A stretch of DNA of 64,000 nt, taken from Octopus vulgaris. Lineage: Eukaryota. The translations under genes were made by a program, and so were the position numbers. Position 1 is the first letter of the stretch, and the number at the start of each line of letters is the position of its first letter. Under the pieces are notes generated by a model, which saw nothing but the letters and a program-made list of their open reading frames with translations, did not search any database and had not been told where the DNA came from. The stretch is from contig OX597820.1 of NCBI GenBank assembly GCA_951406725.2, forward strand, positions 31,372,001 through 31,436,000. The letters run 5' to 3'. Positions 52,432 to 64,000 of this stretch are shown here, piece by piece.

Positions 52432-52957
52432 TATAAAAATCCTTGTGCATCAGCTGTTAGTCTTATGATAGAAAACTGCTGGGTTTTTTTTTTTTTAATA
52501 AAAAGGCATTGTCCCAGCATGTCTGCTGTCTAATGACTGGAACAAGTAAAGAAATAAAGATAAAAGTGTTTATTTTTATTCATTTAATCCTTTGGTGACC
52601 ATATCTCTGTTGAAGGACACTTTTTGTTTGAATAATTTAGACGCTGGCATGGCTATATGGTAAGAAGCTTGCTTCCCAACGACATGGTTCTGGGTTCAGT
52701 CCCACAGCATGGTACCTTGGATGAGTGTCTTCTATTATAGCCTTGGGCTTGCCAAAGTCTTATGAGTGGACTTGGTAGAGAGAGATTGCAAATATATCAA
52801 TATATATATATATTTCTGATTTTGGTGCAAAACAATTCAAAACGCCAGCAGACTTCAATGTGACAAGTTGAAACTTTTTCACATGGTAAAGCTTGCTGAT
52901 GAAAGTTAAGGTTTTTCACCAGAACTCAAAATCATGATTCAAGTGTATCCAAATACC

Positions 52958-53157
52958 TATTTCTTTACTACCCACAAGGGGCTAAACACAGAAAGGACAA
53001 ACAAGGACAGACAAACAGATTGTCGATTACATCGACCCCAGTGCGTAACTGGTGCTTAATTTATCGACCCTGAAAGGATGAAAGGCAAAGTTGACCTCGG
53101 CGGAACTTGAACTCAGAACGTAACGGCAGACAAAATACTGCTGCCAGCTCGCTGCCT
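52958..53157 (-). mobile_element. SINE family B
   Basis: Inverted homologue of 56993-57223. Confidence 0.8.
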
Positions 53158-53327
53158 CAAATACCAAAATATATAGCATTGAGCTGTCTTGGTATGTTAA
53201 AATTCTTTAATCTGTTCACCTGACTACTGTTGTTTTTTTGTTGAATTTTTCAGTGTTATTGGTGGTTTAACTGAGAGTTTTAACTCCTCTTTCTAGCAGG
53301 TGTGCCCTTATGATAAATATATGTATA

Positions 53328-53797
53328 CTAGCTGGCCCCATGCCATCAAAAAATGACGGCTAATTGTAGTATTTTATATATAAATATGGATGGTAAATCA
53401 AATTAATACACTTGTCAAGGTTATCTAGTGGTTGTCTTTTGAGATGTGACATCGATCATCGTTTGTTACTGAAAGAACACTGGCTTACACATACAAACAT
53501 TCACATACTTCCCTTGTGCATGCACATACATATACTCACACAGAGTTGAAACGCTTTTTGATTTTTCTTTCCAGAGTTGACTGTTCACCATCCTACTTCT
53601 ATTGCACACACACACACACACACACACACAAACATTCACATACTTCCCTTTTACATACACACACATTTACTCACAGAGTTGAAATGCTCCCACTACTAGT
53701 TTGCCATCCTCCCTTCCTTCCTTATTCATCTATCTCCTCTTGCTTTCCCATTCATATGTTGTGACGGGGAAAAACACAAGAGTATTATTAGAGTAGA
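53328..53797 (-). mobile_element. Non-autonomous Helitron
   Basis: Minus strand A|TCTACT...hairpin gccgtca ttttt tgatggc (53342-53360)...CTAG|T. 5' TC, 3' CTAG, hairpin 10 nt before the CTAG, inserted between A and T. Confidence 0.75.
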
Positions 53798-53805
53798 TAT
53801 ATATA

Positions 53806-54213
53806 CACTCTTTTATTTGTTTCAGTCATTTGACTGTGGCCATGCTGGAGCACTGCCTTGAGTTGAGCAAATCGACCCCAGGACTTATTCTTTGTAAGCC
53901 TAGTACTTATTCTATCAGTCTCTCTTGCCGAACCGCTAAGTTATGGGGACGTAAACACACCAGCATCAGTTGTCAAGCGATGTTGTGGGGGACAAACACA
54001 GACACACAAACGTATACACACACACACACGCACACACATATACATATATACGATGGGCTTCTTTCAGTTTCCGTCTACCATATCCACTCACAAGGCTTTG
54101 GCCTACCGAGGCTATAGTAGAAGACACTTGCCCAAGGTGCCAGGCAGTAGGACTGAACCCAGAACCATGTGGTTCATAAGCAAGCTACTTACCACACAGC
54201 CACTCTTACGCCT
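53806..54213 (-). mobile_element. SINE family A, full-length
   Basis: Homologous to 19455-19838. Confidence 0.85.
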
Positions 54214-54397
54214 GAGGTTGATAAAATAAGTACCACCTGAATACTGGGATCAATGTTGCTGGCCTTGTGTCAAACCTTGAAACAAATGTTTATTGAATTA
54301 GTGTTGTTGTGGCCATTATAATTTGAATAGTTGTAACAAATGTTGTTGTTGTAGTAGTAGTAGTGGTAGTCGTCGCTGTAGTAGAGGTGGTGATGTG

Positions 54398-54712
54398 AAA
54401 GCATATGGCTTAGTGGTTAGGGCATTTGGCAAATACTCGTAAGGTTGTGGGTTCGATTTCTGGCAGTGTGTTGTGTCCTTGAGCAAGACACTTTACTTCA
54501 TGCTTCCCCAGCCCACTTAGCTGGCAAAAATGCATAGTATCAGTAATCCAAAGGGCCAGCCTTGTCACATTCTGTGTCGAGCTGAATCTCCCTGAGAATT
54601 AGGTTAAGGGTTACACATGTCTGTGGAGTACTCAACCACTTGCATGTTAATTTCACAAGCAGTCTGTTCTGTTGATTGGATCAGCTGGAACATTCATTGT
54701 CATAACCAACAG
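54398..54712 (+). mobile_element. tRNA-derived SINE family E
   Basis: A box tggcttagtgg, B box ggttcgatt, then tgtgtccttgagcaagacactt core. Confidence 0.75.
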
Positions 54713-55906
54713 ATTACCAGAAGTGGTGATGATTGTAGTAGTAGTAGTAGCAGCAGCAGCAGTAGTGGTGGTGGTGGCAGAAGTAGTGGTAGTAGTTGTT
54801 GTGTAGTTGTGGTGGTGCATATTATCCTTGTGATAGTAGTGGTGACAGTGGTTGTAGTAGTAGGAGTGATGGTGGTGATAATGATAGTAGTAAAGTTGAT
54901 TGTAGCAGCAGCAGCAGCAGCAGTAGCCGTCCAAGAATTTGGACCTGGAGATCTCCATTTCCAGCGACTTTGAGGGCCACCTCCCAGAGCCCTCGACTAC
55001 AACAAGATGACCAAAGTTTTTTTTCTCCAAGGTCTGGGGTCTCCTGCCCCTAAGCCCTAGACCATCACCTAATCACCCTTACCCGTCTTGTTGCTTAACA
55101 ACAACAACAGCAGCAGCAGCAGAGGTAGTAATAGTAGTGGTTATTGTTGCTGATTATGATTCCAATATTTGAAGCTGCTGTTTAACCCTAGGTCAGCTCC
55201 CAAATGATCAGAACTAGGATTATGGCCCTAACCATCCCCACCCTGTTCTTTTAAGGGCAGGAGAATGTATGATGTGACGTCATCTAATGTGTCCTTTCCA
55301 TATTCAAAACTGTCCACCGTGTGTGATTTTGAGAGAGATTTGGTAGCTATTTCTAGCAGCTTGCACAATCACATACAGGCTCCCTTTTTGTTATAGTTGC
55401 TATTCCTATTGGTGTTGGTGATAATGGTGGTAGTGATGGTCATGATGGGATGTCTGATGCACTCAGCATGGCTGCTGCTATTTCCACTGATGTCCATGTA
55501 ACTCTTGTTAGTGACTGTCCATTGTGGTTGTTGCTTCAATCGTTATTGTTGTCATTGTTAATTCTGATCTAATTAATCATATGATCATTTTTTTTTTGTT
55601 TCTCTTTATTATTCCCCTTCCTCCCTACCTCCCTCTCTCGACACACACATTCATTCTACCTCGCATAATTTTATATGTATCCATAGCAACATCCTTAGCC
55701 ATTGTTGGCAGGCCAAACCTTTTAACAACAACAACAATAATAAAAACAATAAAAGTAGTCTCTATTATTATCGTTGATCCATCAATCCAAACTTCGTGTT
55801 CATTACATACATGGCTTCTATGTTCTATGAACAAATCCTTTATAATTATTCATTTTATAAAAGACTTGCTGAGAATAATTCCAGATATTCATTTGCTAAT
55901 TGGTCT

Positions 55907-55943
<37 letters not shown>

Positions 55944-55947
<4 letters not shown>

Positions 55948-56345
55948 CTACCCACTAGGTAGTGGGTAGTGATTTCACTACTTCAGGGAGTGACGACCCT
56001 GCCTGACATGAGTCCCAGGCTCAGCTAGCTCCAGCTGACAGAACCCGGTATGGGCCCCTATCAAGGGTTACAGAAAGGAGACAACTTTCAAAGAAATCCA
56101 GAGTGAAGCCCAGTAGGCATTTTAGTGTTCGACTCGACACTCTTCCGAGAGCTCATGCAACCAAGCTGGTGCCAAACGTAATGCTCTGCACTCCTTTAGA
56201 CTACATCAGCAAGGTCGAGAGAGGAATCCTGACGAATGGGCTACCCAGGATTTTCTTACATCTAGCCCAGGCCTGCGCAAAACTGGAGGACATGGAATGT
56301 AAAAACCAGATTGGATTAGTTTATGCGCAACTCCATTGTCTCCCG
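55944..56345 (+). mobile_element. Putative 5' end (UTR and endonuclease start) of an RTE-like LINE
   Basis: GC-richer island after (TA)n, starting with a hairpin (55944-55973). 56290-56307 encodes TWNVKT, like the APE N-terminal TWNVRT motif. Confidence 0.4.
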
Positions 56346-56992
56346 AGACAAAAGGATGCCAACAATAACAACAACAATATATATATATATACATATATGA
56401 AGCTTATGCCTATGTATGGACACAAACATGGCCAAATAGTTAACATGTGTTTTTTCTCAATCAGGAGAGTGTAGTCTAGATCTCAATATAGCACTTTTGG
56501 CATTTGACCCTTTTCCCAAGACTGTTCCACACCCTCACTGCCCATAGCCTTGGTTCAACCAAAGCTTTATGAATGAAACCGTATATCGTATGGTTTGTGT
56601 CTGTAAACTGAAAAACATGGTCTTCGTACACTTGAGTGTTCTTCTGGTTCTGTCTGAGTGTTATTAAATTATGACAAGTGTCTTTTGTGTAATAACAATC
56701 TGATCGCACGATGATCTTCAACATCATCGGCAGCAGCAAGAACAATGACATTCAAACTCTCTTGATGTTTTGCTGTTTATTATTTGTAGAAGGATATATT
56801 TTCGCTTTGTTTATGAACAGAATAAATGTATTGCTTATCAAAAATCTCAACAGATATTAGAGTTCTTCTTTGTGCAAACTAAATTCACTCATGGCAGCAA
56901 GCAGTAAAGGGGACTGGACTTGAGAATACACGATTGGGGAGCAAGATTTTAAAGTACACAACCATGTCTGAGAGATAGACAGATGGATAGAG

Positions 56993-57223
56993 AGGCGGCG
57001 AACTGGCAGAAACGTTAGCATGCGAGGCGAAATGCTTAGCGGTATTTCATCTGCCGCTACATTCTGAGTTCAAATTCCATCGAGGTCGACTTTGCCTTTC
57101 ATCCTTTCGGGGTCAATTAAATAAGTACCAGTTACGCACTGGGGTTGATATAATCAACTTAATCCATTTGTCTGTCCTTGTTTGTCCTCTCTGTGTTTAG
57201 TCCCTTGTGGGTAGTAAAGAAAT
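56993..57223 (+). mobile_element. SINE family B, full-length
   Basis: aggcggcgaactggcagaaacgttagca...gagttcaaattcc...gtgggtagtaaagaaata. Several other copies in the window. Confidence 0.85.
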
Positions 57224-57334
57224 AGATAAATAGAGAGGCAGATAGACAAACAGATAGATAGACAGGCAAATTGAAAATTAAAAAAAAAGAATTAAATAAA
57301 TAAGTAAATGAGTGGAAATTGAACTGGTGTGTTA

Positions 57335-57731
57335 ATTACCTCTGCCAAGGAAGGTGGTTATGTTTTCATTGGCGTTGGTTTGTCCGTCTGTGTGCAAAAT
57401 AACTCAAAAGGTTGTGAACGGTATTTGATGAAACTTGCAGGAAAAGTTGGTGATGATACAAAGAACAGATGATGAAATTTTGGTAGTGATCCAGGAATTT
57501 TTATGGATTCTTGAAGGATTTTTCATTTGTTATATTTACTTTACATGAAGTATTACAGTTACGTTCTTTGATTATCTCCCTTGAAAACACGTTCATTGTT
57601 TCCACGTAACCTTTGGTGACGTTGCTGTTTCCAAAGTTTATTTTCATTTCTCTATTAGTAATTTTACTTGCGTATCTCTCTTAAAATGAGCTGCTTGGCG
57701 GAGGTCTGCACTCGCCGAGAGCTTTTCTAGT
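57335..57731 (+). mobile_element. Helentron-associated (HINE/DINE-1-like) non-autonomous element
   Basis: Subterminal inverted repeats acctctgccaag / cttggcggaggt, short gtcc/gtct microsatellite near the 5' end, 3' stem-loop gcactcgccgagagc, then ttttctagt. Confidence 0.75.
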
Positions 57732-57933
57732 CTGGCACCTGTGTCGGTGGCACATAAAATCACCCACTACACTCTCGGAGTGGTTGGCGTTAGGAAGGGC
57801 ATCCAGCTGTAGAAACACTGCCAGATCTGACTGGCCTGGTGCAGCCTTCGGGCTCCCCAGACCCCAGTTGAACCGTCCAACCCATGCTAGCATGGAAAGC
57901 GGACGTTAAATGATGATGATGATGATGATGATG
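57732..57933 (+). mobile_element. RTE LINE 3' tail
   Basis: Same family; ends in (GAT)n. Confidence 0.8.
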
Positions 57934-58353
57934 AAGGCATTAAAACTGCATGTCTCTCCCCAGACATAACAAAATATGCTTCAACACACGAATTCACATA
58001 AAGAATCTTGCAAACCAAATACAAGCACATACACACACGCAAACATGTATCTATATATATAGAGGGAGGGAGTGAGAGAGACAGATAGAGATCAGTACTG
58101 ATAATAATGGTGGTGGTTGGAGGACTATTGTTTTCGGAAGATGGGTGGTGTAGACAAGTGTATGAGAGGAGAAAGGGTGGGTAAGCATGGGATTAACTAA
58201 ATATTACATGATAAAAAAGAAAATATGAGGTGGATTATCTCAAATTGTATTAGATGAAGATGATAGAGATGGGATTTAGAATAAATTGCACTAAGAGAGG
58301 GTGGCGTCTCAAATAATTACATATATTTAAGTGTCAATGTAGCTCTTTGTGTG

Positions 58354-58384
<31 letters not shown>

Positions 58385-58429
58385 ATAGGTACATACATAC
58401 CTATGTATGTATGTGTGAGTGTGTGAGTA

Positions 58430-58462
<33 letters not shown>

Positions 58463-58810
58463 TTTATCTTCTACTTGTTCCTGTCATTAGATTGTGGCCA
58501 GGCTGGGGCACTGCGTCGAAGAACTTTTAGTTGGGTGAATTGTCCCAAATAGATATTTTTTTAAAGTCTGGTATATATTCCAATGGTCTCCTAACCACTA
58601 ACCACTCATGGGGATATAAACAAACCAGCAGCGGTTGTCAAGTGATGATGTGGGGACAAACAGGAAGAGAACACACACACACACACACACATATGCATAA
58701 TTTAAAAAATAGGATAAAATCTTTATAAGAAATTATTAAGTAGTTAGTGCAAAAAACCTCATAAGGGAAAAATTTATTAATTATTCACTTTAAATATATT
58801 TATTTATATT

Positions 58811-58939
58811 AAGGGCATTACTATACATAAATGCTTCACTCTAGGAGGGACTCTTAAAGTCAAAACTACCATAATAAATTATGGTAGTTTTGACTTTAAG
58901 AGTCCCTCCTAGCATGAAGCATTTATGTATAGTAATGCC

Positions 58940-58942
<3 letters not shown>
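58811..58942. repeat. Near-perfect 132-bp palindrome
   Basis: 65-bp arms, 2-nt centre (58876-58877), two adjacent mismatches. Confidence 0.93.
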
Positions 58943-58992
<50 letters not shown>

Positions 58993-59972
58993 GGGCTTCT
59001 TTCAGTTTCTGCCAACCACATCCATTCACAATCCTTCAGTTCTCAAACTTTTTGGTATAAATAAATATTCTATATTTTACTAATTTATAAATACTACAAA
59101 TTATGTGATATTTAATATAATATTATATAATTTGCATACAATACTATAATGATATTATGATAAATTCATAGCATCCCCCAATCCACTGCCTTCCTCCCGA
59201 CGCCTCCTCTTTGTCTACTGCCCCCACCCCCTTTGGCACCAGCACCCATCTAGACTGTTTCAACGCCCAATGGGGGTGGGGGGCATGTTGAGTCCTAGGG
59301 CTATATAGAGAAGACAATTCCTGCCTTAGGTGCCACACAGTGGGACTGAATCTAAAACCATGTTGCTGATAAGCACACTTCTCACCACACAGCTGAATGC
59401 ATGCATACGTACATGCATGCATGCATGCATGCATGTATACATGTAATACATACATATATATGTATATTTGGCTGTCCCAAAATTCTTTGTGCTAATGAAC
59501 TATGTTATGAACGCACATTCACTGTAAAGGACAAGTTGATCTCCTGTGATGGAACACAACAGCGATTAGTATATTTTTGGTTCAGATCTGCTGGAACCGA
59601 TTAAAGAATAAATATGGAAATCATCTTGATTCTGTTCAACACACACACACACACACACACACCACACATGCATGCATACACACACAAACATACATAATTT
59701 ATGCATTAGCATTAACAGTGAAGAATTTGATTATCAATTATAATTGATGCCAACATGGAAGATAGACAATTAAAGATGATGATGATGATGATGATGTTGA
59801 TGACAATGATGATGATTTACAAGTACCATGCTAGACCAGGAATATTGAAGCTCTCCCACGCAGCGCAAACATTGGATCTAAAACATTCCAGGTGACCGTG
59901 GGAGAGCCAGTGTTTTTTTTCTGTTCTTGATAAGTATTCAAAAGATCTATTTTATATTATGTGTGTGTGTAC

Positions 59973-60060
<88 letters not shown>

Positions 60061-60116
60061 TTGTCAATGTGTATAAATACATACATACACACTCACACAC
60101 ACACATATATACACAC

Positions 60117-60152
<36 letters not shown>

Positions 60153-60444
60153 GCACACATATATATATCTGTGTATATGAGTATGTTTAGGTATGTGTTT
60201 GGTTAGCTGTATGAAGTTGTATACATATGTCTATGTGTATGTTTTGCATATATTTGCATATAATTTATAATCATTTTTTTCTTGTGTGTTTGTAAGTGTG
60301 CACGTCTAGTTATTCTTTAGCTCCAGGGCAACACTGACACTGGCAGAGCACAGTTATGACCTATCAAGGCTGACCTGTGGTTAAACACCAGCACACATTC
60401 ACCCATACTCACACAACATTCACATACACACACAACATACATAT

Positions 60445-60489
<45 letters not shown>

Positions 60490-61065
60490 TATATATTAAT
60501 GTTTGTTTTTATGTCAAGTTATATATAAAAAATAATTTAGCATTAAACTGAAGGATTGATCTATACTTTTTAGTAAAATAACATTCTTTTATTCTTCTAC
60601 TTGTTTCTATCATTAGACTGTGGCCATGCTGGGGCACAGCCTTGTGGAATTTTTTAATCAAACGAATCGACCTCAGAATATATATATTTTTTTAAGCCTG
60701 ATACTTATTCTGTTGGTTACTTTTGCCTAACTGCTCAATTACATGAGCATAAACACATCAACACTGGTTGTCGAGCAATAGTGGGGAACAAACACACACA
60801 CACACTGATATTAGGAAGGACATCTAGCCATAGAAACCATGCCAAATCAGGCTGGAACTTGGTGCAGCTTTCCAGCTTACCAGTTCCAGTCAAACTGTCT
60901 AACCCATGCCAAATCCACTCACAAGGCTTTGGTCAGTCTGTGGTTATAGTAGAAGATACTTGCCCAAGGTGCCATGCAGAGGGACTGAACCCAGAACCAT
61001 GTGACTGAGAAGAAACTTTTTACCACATAGCCATATCTGTGCTTATACAAAGAATTTTACAAAAA

Positions 61066-61124
61066 GCAAGGCTGACAGTAACTTCGAAGTTTCAGCTTGC
61101 TTCTTGCCTTCATCAGACTCTTGC
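61066..61124 (-). ncRNA. Candidate minimal type I hammerhead ribozyme
   Basis: Minus strand AGT CTGATGA AGGCaagaagcaaGCT GAAA CTTCGAAG TT ACT. Intact core, perfect palindrome ACTTCGAAGT, GUU triplet, 3-bp stem I, weak stem II. Confidence 0.55.
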
Positions 61125-62964
61125 ACATGTGTGTGTGCATGTGTGCATATGTGTGCATGTATGTGCATGCATGTATATATTTGTGTGTGTGTAGGCATGG
61201 CTGTGTGTTTAAGACATTTGCTTCACAACCACTTGGTTTCAGGTTCAATCCTACAGTGCAGCTAAGTGCCTTTTCTTTTGACCCCAGGCTGACCAAAGAT
61301 TTAATAGATTTAATAAACAGAAACTGTAAGAAGCCCATCGTGTGTGTAAGTTTGGTGAGAGAGAGAGACAGAGAAGAGGAAAGTGAATTATGTGTATGAA
61401 TGTGTCTGTATTTTTAAATACTCATGCAAAAAAATTAAAAGTTTATACATACATCTAAATATATATACGACTCTCTCCAGACACAATGATATATGTATAT
61501 ATTGGGATATCCATATGGTGACACAAGTACAGCTATATCTATGTGGATAATTGTACACACAATCATTAAACACAAACACATGCATAAATGTACACAGATA
61601 CATACATATATACCTATACGACAATACACATATATACATATACAAACACATAGAGATATTTGTGTATACATACACACACACACATATACACATATACACA
61701 TGCATGCAGATATATGTACGTGTGTGAATTTGTGTGTGAGAACATACCCATGTGTTTGATTATCTATACATGCAAACATATTCTTACATTTATAGGTCCC
61801 TGACTAAGTGAATATGTATATGAGTGTGTGTGTATACATATATGTGTGTGTACGCATGTGTGGTGTGTATGTGTGTGTGTGTGTGCATGTGTGTGTGTGT
61901 GTGTGTGTGTGTTTCCCTCCTGCCTCTACATGTCATATTGATATCCCAATATCAATAAATGATTTAATTTCCTTCTGAACTGATCTTTTATTAGATATCC
62001 CATATCACCACCATATTCAACCACCATTTTCACACACCACCATCTGCTTAATTCTTTTGATATCTCGAAAAATCAATCCCGCACTTTGCCCATCCCACCA
62101 CCTGCACTCCCTTGCATCCAACACTGTTCACCTCCACCTGAACCCCCCAGCCCCCTTACCATAAAACACGTAGCTCAGAACACATATTTATAATCACTAG
62201 CCATCACCATCGTCATCAACATTGCAATCATCATCAGCACTATCATCACTATCAACAACTGAAATACTACCACTATCATTATCAACAGCATCATCGTTAT
62301 TAGTTTGCAAATGTCAGTTGTTATATCAAATATTATATGAACATTTTTTTATGCACGTAATAAGACCTCCTCCATTGTGAAAGGGTCTGCCTCACTTGAT
62401 TGGAGGATAATTTGGAATATTAAGAACTCTGTTCAAAACGAAGGCTACGTGAATGCTGCGTGTTTTTTGTTTTTCATTTTTTTCTTTCCGTCTTATGTTT
62501 TTTTTTTTTACCATGCTAGCATGGGTTAGATGAAAACATATTAGTGAAATAGTGTTTTTACAGCTGGATGCCTTCCTTTTGCTAACCTTTACCTGTTTTT
62601 CAAATAAGGGAGTTTCCATTCCACTTGCCTCTGACAGTATGGAAATACCAGATAGTCAGCTGACAGAGAAATATCAACAAACATTGCCTATTGATCAAAG
62701 ATCTTTGTTTTTTTAGAGCAATGCAGAGTTTAAACATTCATAGAGACACACACATGCACACTGTCCCAGGGTACCATGCAGTGGGACTGAACCTGGAAAC
62801 CATTTGGTTGTGAAGTAAACAACTTGACCACATAGTCATACCAGTGCTTGATTACAATTTTTTTTTATTCCATAAAAGTATTTTTAATCCATTTCAGTTA
62901 CATAAAATAATTACACGAAATAATTATGTAAAGTACAAATATAACTTAAAAAGATACAATTGAA

Positions 62965-63320
62965 AAGCTTACTTCCTAACCACATGGTTCCAAGTTCAGC
63001 CTCAGTGCTTGGCACCTTGAACAATTGCTTTCTACTATAGCCTCAGGTGGACCAAAGTCTTGTGAGTGGATGTGGTAAAGAGAAACTGAAAGAAGACCAT
63101 CATATGTGTGTGTGTGTCTTTGTACCCCACCACTGCTTGACAACCAGTATTGATATGTTTAAGTCCTTGTAACTAAGCAGTTCAGCAAAAGAGACCAATA
63201 AAACAAGTACCAAGTTTAACAAAAAAAATACTGGGGTCAATTCATTTGACTAAAAATTCTTCAAGGCAGTGCCCCAGCATGGTCACAGTTTAATAACTGA
63301 AGTAAGTAAAAGATAAAAGA
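62965..63320 (+). mobile_element. SINE family A (diverged)
   Basis: Homologous to 29515-29870. Confidence 0.75.
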
Positions 63321-63649
63321 TGAAAGCAAATTGGGAAACCCATCCACACATGAGTAGTCCTCACTTTGGTTAAACCAGGCTCCTTACAACTCGACTCTCT
63401 TTCAGCTTGAATGTCCATGTCCAGGATACTCAAAGTATCTCATATCAAATTACCCTACAAGAGTTTTGGTTTCTGAATAGGTAAAAATGTGTCCACATAC
63501 TTCATGTACAGCAGCCAATAATTCTGCTGGTATGGTGTTAACCATCAATCTAACCTTCAAATGTTCTTCATACTTTTCCTTTACCTCTTCACAAACCAAC
63601 ACCTTTTACAATTCCATTTTTCTTCTGTGTGTAATTCAAGAAGTCCATC

Positions 63650-63990
63650 AGGTTTTCATTGAATATTCTCACTACTATAAAACCTATGACTTCCAAGGAG
63701 GACATGGTCTTCTTGATTGCTTTTTTCAAGAAGAGGAGTGGAATTCTCTTTGGTTGATTAACAGCTGAGCTGCTGATAGAGGTTGAAAGAATTACAACTC
63801 TACTCACTGAAGCAAAGACAAGAGAAATATGCAGTGATATGCATAGGGAAAATACTGGAGGGACTAGCACCAAACTTTAGTTTTGAAAGATATACCAACC
63901 CCCCAAAGGGGGCATTACTACACAGGCCAAAGATCCAGCCACCTATTTTGAGTAAGGACCAAGTACTGCAATAGCTTTGGTTTCACAGCT
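63650..63990 (+). pseudogene. CR1/L2-type LINE ORF2 C-terminal remnant
   Basis: LKELQLYSLKQRQEKYAVICIGKILEGLAPN resembles the LxLYSLxxRRERY...WKI motif. Confidence 0.65.
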
Positions 63991-64000
63991 AATCACACAT

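Overview
Eukaryotic, AT-rich and microsatellite-rich non-coding DNA. The repeat families look like those of an octopus genome (inferred by recognition, not by search). Almost all ORFs in the supplied track are artefacts of (TA)n, (CA)n, (GAT)n and similar repeats. The window holds many tRNA-derived SINEs, 3' fragments of RTE and CR1-type LINEs, decayed DNA transposons (one nearly intact IR-DR Tc1, two mariners, a hAT remnant, MITEs, a Helitron and a Helentron-like element), several fold-back palindromes and two candidate host exons. The main finding is a 4.4-kb head-to-tail array (2847-7227) of eight near-identical 533/539-bp units, each carrying a complete type I hammerhead ribozyme. This is the architecture of a retrozyme (circular-RNA-producing, Penelope-associated element). 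At least four unrelated hammerhead-like motifs occur elsewhere in the window. All folding and alignment was done by eye and element boundaries are approximate unless stated.
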